Part shown: piece after piece, positions 38,664-48,905 of the stretch
Layout of the letters: each line of letters begins with the position of its first letter
Position numbering within the stretch: position 1 is the first letter of the stretch
Assembly (NCBI GenBank): GCA_002104905.1
Contig: MCFE01000419.1
Coordinates: 14,216-78,215 of the forward strand
Reading direction: 5' to 3'
Length of the DNA stretch: 64,000 nt
From: Basidiobolus meristosporus CBS 931.73
Taxonomy: Eukaryota; Fungi; Basidiobolomycota
Position numbers and translations under genes: made by a program
Notes under the pieces: model-generated
The model's input: only the letters and a program-made list of their open reading frames with translations
The model's database searches: none
What the model was told of the DNA's origin: nothing

Positions 38664-39833
38664 ATGCATATGGAAAGCGCCGAAGGAAACAGTTCACCCA
38701 AAACTGGCAATACCCCTCCCACTAGCAAGAACCAAGATGATATCAAAAACAAAACCAGCCTGCAAGTGTTAAGAGATATGGTACAAGCGTTACATACAAC
38801 AAGAGCCACCTATGAAGAGTCATTTGCCGGAGCAGGCATGCTAATACAAGACACAATCAGAGAGGGACAAGACAAGTTACCCATGCCGATACAAAGCATG
38901 GTGATACTACCCAAGAAGACCGTGTACCAACTAAGAGGAGGTTCCTTGATCATTAAGGAGAAGGATGCCGCGCTGATTCCCATATCCATACTGGACACAG
39001 TCAGACAGAAGACACAAGGAATCAACTGTCGCGCCCTCACAAGACCTCAAGAGCCCCCCTGTTTTGTTGCATACTTGCCATTAATAGGTACCATGGTTGT
39101 TGAGGTATACGCAGACCTGGTACAAGCTGCAAGAGCACCAGAAGTAGAACTCCCGATCGAAGGACTCCTCCAAGAAGTTTGCAAACATCTTGAACCACAT
39201 TTCCAAGAAGGAACCATCTTAGAGAAGATACGCAAACAGATTAAATACACCGGCCAGTTAACCCATGCAATCCACCAAGTTGCTGTGTTACAACTATTAC
39301 AGTGGTTTACCATTGGACAACTCAGGAATCAGTACAAAGTCCAACTCCAAGAAGCCGAAGAAACCGCCGCGGATTCTGTAGAAACCATGAGGCGAGTACA
39401 AAAGCGCCTCGATCGCGCCACAGTTTCTACGGAAGAACTACAATACGTCTTGGAAGAAGCAAAAACTCGTTATTGACAACGGGTGACTGCCAACCGAGTG
39501 TACACCCTCTTCAAAAGGTCCCCCGCCGTCATATTGAACACAAAAAGGACAAGCCCCAATAATGTTTGCAAGATAAAGAAGCAAGACTTTATCGCGCTAT
39601 TGCACCTTTTCTCGTTCTCCAACCCTCCCGAGAAACTTGCCCAGAACCCTATGGTTTGCCAACTATTTGGCTCTGTGGAAAACATCCCTCAAGCAACACA
39701 GGCCGCACCCCACTCTGCCGCCAAATGGTGTCAGGTACTCGCCCGCAATCCCCTCGTGAGTGACAACCAGCAATGGTACTACGGTGACTCCCCATGCTCC
39801 GTAAACAAAATCAATCCTGGAGAAGCAAGTTAG
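38664..39833 (+). pseudogene. Gypsy C ORF3, ~389 aa, unknown function, one in-frame TGA
   Basis: ORFs 38664-39476 and 39483-39833 are in the same frame, separated only by TGA CAA CGG. The ORF lies between the integrase stop and the 3' LTR and includes a coiled-coil-like stretch (QLRNQYKVQLQEAEETAADSVETMRRVQKRLD). Confidence 0.75.
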
Positions 39834-40835
39834 TCAAAGAACTTCAAGGACGAAGCTCCCACTTAACCCCCGGGATATGTGAGTACTCAATGTAGTACCC
39901 ACTCTTTGCCCAAGAGTTCTCCCAAGAGTTCCCTCCAGATTCCTACCCGAAGTCCTCCAGTACCCTCCCTATGATTCCCCCACGCATCCTCCCCTCCTAT
40001 CCCTGCCCTTATCTCATTAGAGCACTTACCATAACAGGAAGGTGTTCACACCCCTATTTTATAACACATTGTCTATTGTCTAAGCCCCCCCAAGTGATAT
40101 ATATATCTACCCAATTGAACCAGGAAGAACAACAAGATTTGGACAAAATAAACAGAAGTCTTTATTACCTTGCTACCTTCTATTGGAAGCTATTCTGAAC
40201 CAAGTGGTACTGACTTGACCTACAAGCTCTCCCACTCACCAAGTACAGTCAGTAATAACCCACAAAAGGGGCCTCTTACAGTTGTCTCTAAAGTTGGCTT
40301 TACACTAACAGGGTTCCTGAAAGGGCTTCTTTAAAGTCAAGGGGCCTCTTAAAGGGGTCTTTAAAGAGGTCTTTGGACTAAAGGGTGAATAGAGGGGTGT
40401 CTGTGGACTTTTCTAACAGAAAATTGGTATTTTTCTTTTAGAACTTATATTGGATTCTTGGGAGCAATGAAGTTTCTTTACTGATGTAGTACCATTCAAA
40501 GTCAGAATATTCAACAGTGCAAGTGATACAGGGGAAGCTTATAACCTTTAAGCTTGTGAATATGGTGTGGAGATTCTGGAAAGAGAGGCTCTCTTTTATT
40601 CTTCAGCTGGTGAAGTCATATATATGAAAATTCTGAAGGATCAGAGTCTTTAGCAATTGTGCAAGCAATTCATGTGCTCAAAGCTAAACTTTGCAGTGGT
40701 GGAGATTTGACATTGGCGCAGCTCATGTAAGAATTTCTCATGATATGTATGGCTGGCTGATTGTTACATATGATTGAAGTCACCATGGTAATCCTAGCAA
40801 CAGATGCCTAGTATATTTGGTTTTTGGCCTCTTTT

Positions 40836-42229
40836 GAAAGTATATTAAAACTCTTCAACCACTTCTGCAAAATTCATATGATAAAGCAAGAGACTACTGT
40901 ACTGTACTACCCACAGCAATATGGAGTAGCAGAACATGCAAACAGATCAAGCATTGATATGGCAAGATCTATGATTCATGATCCAATATGATCCTAGGAT
41001 TTTTGGGCAGAATTAGTGGCCACAGCTGTATACCATAAAAATAGGAGTTATAACTGAATATATTGCAGTTCTACTCTATTTGAGGCATGGTATCAATACA
41101 GACCAGGTGCAGAGCATCTCAGAATAGTTGGGTGCACAGCATATGCTAAGTAACTGACTGGATATCAGTCAAAATTTGAGCCAAAAAGTGTAAAATGCAT
41201 ATTTTTAGGCTACTGCTATGTAAATAAGGCATAGAGACCCTACAACACCAAAGCAAAAGCCAGTCAAGTCCTAGAATGTGTTGATTGATGAAAATTTAAA
41301 ATACTTACAAAAAATGACATCAGATGAAGACAAATATCCAATCTCAAGTCCACTAATAATCAGGATGGAATCAGAGCAAATGATGAGAATTTTTGCACTC
41401 CAGAGGACCCTACAATCATAGCTCAGTCCAAATCAGTGCCCAGAGATATCCCTGAAGCAACTATTCTAGTATCACAATCCAGGAGATTGAACTGGACCAG
41501 AAATAGCCCAAATTACTATATTGATCAGTATACAAACTCAACCTATGCCTATTCAGTCTATGTTGATGAGCTCTAGAGTGTACAAGAGGCCTTAAATAGC
41601 CCATAGACAGAGTTTTGGAGATCTGCAATGACTGAGGAGGATCAGGCCCTTATAGAAAATCAATCTTTGAGCTAAATAAGTTACTGATCAGCAAAAAATT
41701 CATTAAGTGTAAATGGGTATTCAAGACAAAAGATAAAGCTGATAGTACAATTGAAGGATGCAAAACAAGACTTTTGGTCAAAGGATATTCTCAAACAATA
41801 GGACTGACTATACCAAGATTTTTGCATGGGTAGCCAAGTTAAATACCATCAGATGAAATTTGGCTTTTGCAGCCAAAAATAGGCTTTTTATACATCAAAT
41901 GGATGTGAAAGCTGCATTATGAGTGAAGAACTTGATAAAGACATATACATGTATCAGCTTGATTGACTTGCTGAACAAGATACAACCCATTTGGTCTGCA
42001 AGCCTAAACAATATCTATTTGGACTCAGACAATCACCAAGAGACTGGAAATGCAAGGTAGACTCTTATTTGAAATCTCTGAGTGTCTATAAGAATACTGC
42101 TGACTATAGTATTTACTATAGGCCAGATAGAGCAGACGCAGCTCTATTAGCCCTATATATGGATGATCTTATTATAGCCTTCAATAACCTATAAACATTG
42201 GAAGAAGCTAAATTCAGCCTATTTAAAGA
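40836..42229 (+). mobile_element. Internal fragment of Copia family A (integrase-RT), truncated on the right
   Basis: Colinear with A1/A3 pol (e.g. ALYMDDLII near 42150). Homology stops abruptly at taaaga|ccctatg. Confidence 0.85.
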
Positions 42230-44570
42230 CCCTATGAAAAATCATTGAGATGATGCTGTCAAAAGGCCATCACAAAGTTAAAATCTTGTGACTAAGAGGT
42301 AATAATTCCATCAGGACACTATTCAGAGACTGTTGAAAAATAATTGCACCCCAGATTTCACAAAAAACTTGGTCAAAATTTTTCATCACTACAATTTATA
42401 AGTGGCTTTTGATTGGTTCTCTGTCAATGTGCACACTTTCTGATCTCAGACACTCTATTCCCTTCTACATTTGTGTGCATTGATTGGCTATTGCCTCTTT
42501 TTCACACTCCTCACTTCCTGACTCAACTGTTCCTTTGACTTCTCATGATTTTATTTCCATTGAAACTTCAGTTGTACCTTGGTTGCCAGTTGTATTGACC
42601 TATACAAGTCCCTATACCCTACACTAACATCAAGCCCAACCCCACACTCAACAAGTAACTCCATTAAAATCCACCACTTACTAAGTATTTCTGCTCTGGT
42701 TCCACAACTGTGGTGGGAACTCAGCAGCTTTATGCCACTGTTAATTCACTGGTTTGCAAACATCCTGGTCTTCAGCCAGCACTGCAAGGTCTAGCACCAC
42801 ATCTGCCAGTCTTTGCAATAAGCCCTTGCAATATTCCAGTGCATTTTCTTGAGCACTGCTCTTGAAGAAGTGCTGCAACCTATTGGTGTGCATATTAATG
42901 TTCCAAAACTCCACCAAAGGCATTGTGATAGTTTTTTGAGCTCTTGACATTGTAGCCTTGTCTGTCAGTGGAATATCCACTCTGTCAACAATGGAGGCTG
43001 TGGTAGAAAAGTTGCATTTTTCAGCAAACTCATCTACCTTGCTGGAGTGAAGCTCAACTGGCTGCACTTCCAACTCTTGTGAAATCAGCTATTCTCTTGT
43101 TGGTAATTCTTTCTAACTATGATGGGATTCAGTCTGTTCCTGGCTTGCGGTGTTGATTGGCAAGAACTGCAGTTTTTTTTGCAAGCCTCCCTGTCTCAGG
43201 CTTGGATAGACATTTTTGTCTTTACCTTATCATTTATCACTGCCAGGTCTTTCACTGCTACCATATCTGAGTGCTTCTTATAAAAGACCTACATTTCCTC
43301 CTGGATAAATTCTGCTCTGACGCATCTGTTTTAGCCTGCTTGTCCCTTGCAGGCAATCTTCTGGCAACCTGACAATGCTTTTCCACTTGTTTTGATCCCT
43401 CCACCGTAGTTGTGATGGGCTCCTGTAAAAGCAGCTGGTTTTTATCACTGCCAGGCCCTTCACTGCTAGTATGACTGGGAGTTTGTTGAGTGGTCCTATG
43501 CTTTTCCTTGATAAATGTTGTGCTGGTGCATATGTGTCTGCCTGCTTGTCTCTAATTGGCACTCTTCCAGCTACCTGACATCTCTTTGACACTTTTCTCA
43601 AGCTTTTGACCTGGCTTCTGACCAGCTCTTCAGGAAGCTACTGGTTTTTGGCCATGACACCCTTGTACATCTACCTTTGACAGTTTCTGCTGTTCCTAAG
43701 ATACTTTCTTAGCATACCAATACTGGCTCAGAATCCATTTACCTGTTTGAATCCAGGATAATGCTCATGGAACAAGTCAAGTGCACTCCAGTTGCCCTTG
43801 AGTTCCTGGTGATCCCATGGTATGCCAGCCTTGAGGTGATGGCATGCTAGACTTCTGATGGCCTCTTATATATTAGCCCACTCTTCAATTTTGTACTCAA
43901 CAGCTTCACAGATCATCAATGTCTTTGATTTTTAGGCTTGGGTATAAACACCACATTGTTTCCCTCCCATGCTGTGATAGGTTTTTCTATGGGCTTTATC
44001 TTTGGGCACTGTTGTTATGCTTCAAAGACTGTATGGTGTTCCTCTGCTGTTACATCATGAAACAGCTTAATTCTTGACTTTGACATTGAGCTACTTGAGT
44101 TCTTTCTTTGCAGCAAAGATACTGCTTTCTCTACCTGGGATATTGATTGCTATACATGTATTATCCACTTATCCTGTTTTGGGACTATTTCCTGATTTCT
44201 CTGGGCCATTGCATCTATCCTATCAGCCACTGCACCTAATTGCTTCATTAATGCATTGGTTTGAGCTGACAAAATACTTGCTAATATAGGTGGTGGTGAT
44301 GTTATGTTGGCCACCTGCTGGTCTTCAACTGAAGGTACTGTGTTTGCAAACATTCTCATCTGCCTGAGTATAATGGTCAGCTTGTGGCTCTGCCAAGGTT
44401 CTCAGTTGCCTACTTGACTGAGAGCCTGAGGAGTCTGCATTATTACCTTCAATGGGCACATTAGACTTGTTCCATTGTACCGTGCCAGGGCGCGCGGCGC
44501 GATCCGCGGTCGCAAAGAACGATCGGGCGCAATATTATAGCTACCAGAAGGCAGGATTGTTCTTGGACAA

Positions 44571-44678
44571 TTTCGCACTATGCGGGACGATTTTGCACTA
44601 TGCGGGACGATCTCGCACTATGCGGGACGATCTCGCACTATGCGGGACGATTTTGCACTATGCGGGACGATCTCGCAC
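44571..44678 (+). repeat. 20-bp subterminal tandem repeat (TGCGGGACGAT(C/T)T(C/T)GCACTA), about 5 units
   Basis: Read directly from the sequence. Copy 2 has a single unit near 62060-62090. Confidence 0.95.
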
Positions 44679-45285
44679 ACTATGGCACAATCTGACACAA
44701 TGAGGTTGGCGCGGATGATTGCGCCAACTTGTAATGCTTGCATCACGTGCGCGATTGGATACCGCTATAATGGCAGGTAAAATCCGGTATTTCGATATGT
44801 TTCTTTAATGTAAATGGAAATAAATGTGTATCACACTATAAACTACACTGATACTTACCATTTTGGTTACCCTCACTCCAATTGGATGGTATCTCAGTGG
44901 TTAATTGGTCCAAAAGTATCCTGAAGCTGGCAGCCCCCAATTGGCTCATTGACTACTGAAAAAGCTAGCTGATTCACCATCAAATATCCCATTTTGCCCA
45001 TTGAGCAAGTAAATCCCTGATCCTAGTGATTGGGCAAGGTGTCATAGCTAGCACGCAAGCAATCGTGTAGGTGCGAAACAGATCCAATAGCTGCACTGGT
45101 ATTACAGATGACGTATATATATGCAGGGTGTTTATTTATAGGGGTTCTGTCTCAAATGTGAGACAACCTTGATATTACTTATATCAAAAATTTGATGATC
45201 ACTGATTTGCGATGGCTCGATTCGGATTGCAAAAAAAAAGGGTTGTTGGGATCATTACAAATGTGAGCAATTCAAAGCGATCGCA

Positions 45286-46542
45286 TCATCTTCTCCTGGG
45301 TTTTTTTCTCACAGGGATTACTACTGAAGCATTTGGTAGTGACTCACTTTGCACACCTATACTACTTCCTGGCTGACTATCATCTTGGCTACTTGTGTAT
45401 TTGTAGTCAGTATTTTGCCTCCTAGTTGATGAGTGCAATGCTGCAGCTTGGCCGCGCTGAATTGCTCCAACTGAACCAACTGAACCAACTGAACCGGCCT
45501 GTAGTGCCATGTGCTGACGCGTTCTTTTACTTGCCAAGGGCTGCGGTGGTTGAGTCACTTCATGTTGGTCATCATCAGTCAGTTCACCAGAAGTAACTCG
45601 CTGATGGTCAGGCAAAACGGCACGCGCAGGCGCGCCTTGACACGTTGAGATGGCCCTTGGCTGAGTTCGATGTGATGCCGCATGTTGACGCGACTCGGTC
45701 CGCTCCAATGGACTTGTGTCTAAATGAGCAGTTTGGCAAGTTCTGGTAGTTTTGCTCTGAAGCGCGCGCGTTGACCCAATGCGCGTTGACTTGACGCGGG
45801 GCGTTCTGGTAAAGGATGTTGGCGTGGTCTGGACTGACGTGCGCCGGCGCGCTGTGGTTGCAAGAGATGGTAGGGAATCCAGCAAGGCGTGCTGGCGCAA
45901 TCTGGACGATGTTGCTTGCGGTCTGTATTCTTCCTCCTGAAGCTCACCATCTGATTCCTCAAGGTATTCACTTACCCTCTGTCTGATACTTTGGAGCTGT
46001 TGCCTGGATGAGTCCTGTGTATATTGCTCTCGGAAGCCACTTAGCTCTACTAATATATCACGTAGTACATTAGTCATTTGAGGCAAAAACTCATTCAAAA
46101 TCTCTTTGGTTCCCAAAGTTGAGGCACGAACGGACGCGTCCGGCCCGTACTGTGCAAATTGCGCGCGAAATTGTTCCCGAGCGGCTTCCTCGTCAAATCC
46201 CCTCACTCTCAGCTCATTCTTGATTTCAATACTTGTCTTGTTATATATCTTTTTACATACATCGGCTGGCATCTTGATGTAGAACTCATGCCACAGCTTT
46301 CTACTCAAATTCTTCCATCTTTGTCAACTCTCTGAGGTATCTAGTTCTGATAGATTAATCAGTAGTGCCCAAATATCTGTATGAAGGCTCATCATAGACA
46401 CTTGGGCCATACTAAAATCATTTGGCGAGAACTCAAACGGATCCGACATCAACTTTTCCGGTCCGGACCGCGCTAGTGAGCTGGGGGATGGGTTTTGTCT
46501 GGGTTGTACTAAAGATGAGTTGAGGCTTGGTATGGGGACCAT
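45286..46542 (-). pseudogene. ORF2 of Pangu-like copy 1 (~418 aa, possible Myb/SANT-like N-terminus), one in-frame TGA at 46324-46326
   Basis: ORFs 46324-46542 and 45286-46308 are in frame, and copy 2 reads through this site. DIWALLINL.ELDTSES.QRWKNLSRK resembles the W...RWKNL helix of MADF/Myb-SANT-like domains. Confidence 0.75.
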
Positions 46543-46901
46543 AGCAACGGATTTGGATACTTATACAGCAGTATATTGGCATCAACCTGGTCTTATATGA
46601 AATATATATGAAAACTAAAGTGATTGTTGAATTTTCCATATATTATGCATGATGCATCTTGGATCGCGTTGACACGGATCAGATCACATCAATTGCAGAT
46701 TTCCTATTTGATTATAGACCTATGATTAAAGCATCAATAAAAGTACCAAGGCATTGTTTGCGGATGATTATTGGGACATAATGATGGGATACATGGCAAT
46801 TGATGGAGATTTAACCATAATGTGTTAAAAATCAGATAAATAACGCAGATTGCGCTGAATCGATTCAAACCGCCTCCATACAATCATCCATCAATTTTAA
46901 T

Positions 46902-47786
46902 ATGACTTACTCATCTGAATGGTCTTTTCTCATCAATCCCATCACTACCACTGGATTTCCTTTTGACACACTGGAGGAGATCTATTCCAAGTACTGTGGA
47001 CCATCAACCCCAATCTACTCAAGGAGATCCCTTGTTAAGCTTCTCTGCTATTACAAGAACTATTGCCCTACAAGGTTTCATCCCACCATCCATGGCAACA
47101 AAAGTCCTAGAAGCTCTCATTCCCAGCTGACAGCAATGGAGAACCACCTTGCAGAGGGTATGAATGACTTAGAGCAAGCTTGGAATACTAGGTTCAGAAG
47201 CTCCAATAGACTTCCATATCCCAGAGTGTTCAGCAACAGGTTCCATATCAGGAGTATTTTGGATACCTTCCCAGTGAGGATTAACAGACCTTCTAGAGGG
47301 CAGAGGCACTTTTATTCTGGCAAGTACAAGGCACACTGTGTGAAGTTTCAAGCACTGTCTGACATTGAGGGTAACATCATCTGGTTTAGTGGGCCATTTG
47401 CTGGAAGTAGGCATGACAAAGCACTCTGGGTAGAGAATCATCCTGAATTCAGTAGAGGGGAGAAATGTATGGCAGACTTGGCCTATATAGGAGAGGATTG
47501 TCAGAGATTAGGATGTATTACAGCTTATAGGAAGCCAAGGAATGGTGTGCTTAGCAGGAAGCAGAAGCTCTACAATGAGATATTTAATCATTTCAGAGTA
47601 AGGGTAGAGCACACATTTGGATATCTGAAGAGATTCAGCATATTGGCAGGTAAATACAGAGGAAAGTCATATATAGGAGAAAACAGCAGAATAGGTAAAA
47701 TAGTTAAGATACTTATCAATGCACAGTATGTTCATACAAGAAGACATCCACTGAGAGAAATGTGTCTGGAGCATTATGAAGAGTAA
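46902..47786 (+). CDS. DDE_Tnp_4-type (Harbinger/IS5-like) transposase, 294 aa, uninterrupted
   Basis: ILDTFPVRINRP, FYSGKYKAHCVKFQ, GPFAGSRHD, MADLAYIG and YNEIFNHFRVRVEHTFGYLKRFSIL give the DDE triad in the typical context. Confidence 0.92.
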   Translation: MTYSSEWSFLINPITTTGFPFDTLEEIYSKYCGPSTPIYSRRSLVKLLCYYKNYCPTRFHPTIHGNKSPRSSHSQLTAMENHLAEGMNDLEQAWNTRFRSSNRLPYPRVFSNRFHIRSILDTFPVRINRPSRGQRHFYSGKYKAHCVKFQALSDIEGNIIWFSGPFAGSRHDKALWVENHPEFSRGEKCMADLAYIGEDCQRLGCITAYRKPRNGVLSRKQKLYNEIFNHFRVRVEHTFGYLKRFSILAGKYRGKSYIGENSRIGKIVKILINAQYVHTRRHPLREMCLEHYEE

Positions 47787-48365
47787 ATAAAGCAAGGAAA
47801 GCACTATTCTGAGCAACATAAGTAAGATTGAGTAAAATTACCAGTAACTGTATCATACCACTGGCATCATGGTAGAAATTATAGTGCCAGATAGTGCCGT
47901 AGAGTGCCAGATTGATCCGGCACTATAAACCAGCTGGCACTATGTGGCACTATCCAACGGAACAAGTCTACTGTCCACAGGGCCTTTTTTGGATGTAGCC
48001 CTGCTTGTTGCTCTGAATGTCAAAGCAAGCTGTTGTCCAACCATTCTTCTGTTGCTGTCTGTAGTGGGGTTTAGTTGGGAACCAGACAACTTGCTTTATT
48101 TTTTAGCAGCATATATATAGAAGTGAGTCAAACCAAAGGGTAAATAGTGTTACATATACATGTGAATGTGGTGCCACAACTTTATTTATAATGCTTACTA
48201 TGGCAGGTCACTGTTGAATCCTATATTCATGTAGGTGCAATGTCTCAAATACAAGACTGTCTTAGGTTCACATGAGTATTGACCAAAAAGTGACATAATA
48301 TTGTTACACTGTGGAAGGTCAAACTGATTGCCCCATGGACAAGACTACTTTGACTCAACACCATG

Positions 48366-48835
48366 AGAGAAGAGAAAAAAGACCATGGGGCTATTGTAGC
48401 AAGCCTCTCAGCCATGAAGCACACAGACAGCATAGGAAGTATACAAGTATCATGGCCAGTGTTTTACCACCTAAGTCATACTTGGCCAATCATTGGTCAC
48501 TACTATACAAACATTGTCTGGCCAGCCAGTTGATACTTGTGTATTGGCACCTGGCCATCTTTGTCACCTTGCGCAAACTGAGTCAGGTGAGTTTGTTGTA
48601 AGAGAAGAGAAAAAAGACCATGTGGCTATTGTGGCAAGCCTCTCAGACATGAAGCACACAGACAGCATAGGAAGTATTACAAGGATCACAGCCAGTGTTT
48701 TGCCCCCCAAGTCATATTTGACCATTCATTGGTCACTACTGTACCAATATTATCTGACCGGCCAGTTGATACTTCTATATTGGCACTTGGCTGTCTTTGT
48801 CACCTTGCACAAACTGAGTCAGGTGAGTTTGTGAC
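48366..48835 (+). repeat. Tandem duplication of a ~235-bp unit at the 5' end of the CACTA transposase region
   Basis: Two units, each beginning gagaagagaaaaaagaccatg and ending aaactgagtcaggtgagtttg; diverged by scattered substitutions. Confidence 0.9.
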
Positions 48836-48905
48836 ACCTTTAGGCTCACCTCAGCCTGCTGAATATGGCACGTAGAGTGATACCTCTGACAAAGAAAGTT
48901 CACTA

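Larger units (their letters stand above)
33492..40264 (+). mobile_element. Ty3/Gypsy LTR retrotransposon family C, young, full length, with an extra 3' ORF
   Basis: 387-bp LTRs at 33492-33878 and 39878-40264, about 9 differences counted by eye. Exact TSD AAAGG at 33487-33491 and 40265-40269. PBS TGGTGCCGTCTC at 33883 is tRNA-His-like. Confidence 0.96.
33291..40835 (-). repeat. Truncated family-B LTR (33291-33491 plus 40270-~40835), split by the Gypsy C insertion
   Basis: Both pieces are reverse-complement homologues of the LTR at 52594-~53834 and join across the AAAGG TSD. Confidence 0.8.
44463..47969 (+). mobile_element. PIF/Harbinger-related (PHIS; Pangu-like) two-gene DNA transposon, copy 1
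   Basis: TIR AGACTTGTTCC...GGAACAAGTCT; flanks ATT and ACT (3-bp ANT-type TSD with one mismatch); 3,507 bp; divergent transposase and ORF2. Confidence 0.9.
42300..48070 (-). pseudogene. Probable second ORF of the CACTA-type element (unknown function), split by Pangu-like copy 1
   Basis: Minus-strand fragments 44150-44359, 43278-43601 and 42741-43073. The reading MVGQQLALTFRATSRATSKKGPVD (from ~48040) continues across the 44463-47969 insertion. Confidence 0.45.

Noticed and set aside
38664-39833. ORF3 as a retroviral-type env
   Set aside because: No signal peptide, TM segment or furin-like cleavage site is evident.
44571-44678. 20-bp repeat array as a CRISPR
   Set aside because: Units are contiguous with no spacers, there are no cas genes, the context is eukaryotic, and it lies inside a transposon end.
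44461-47972. TA target duplication (Tc1/mariner-like) for the DNA transposon
   Set aside because: TA appears next to both ends, but at copy 2 only a 3-bp ATT duplication restores the conserved GNRLKKF frame, and the transposase is DDE_Tnp_4 type.
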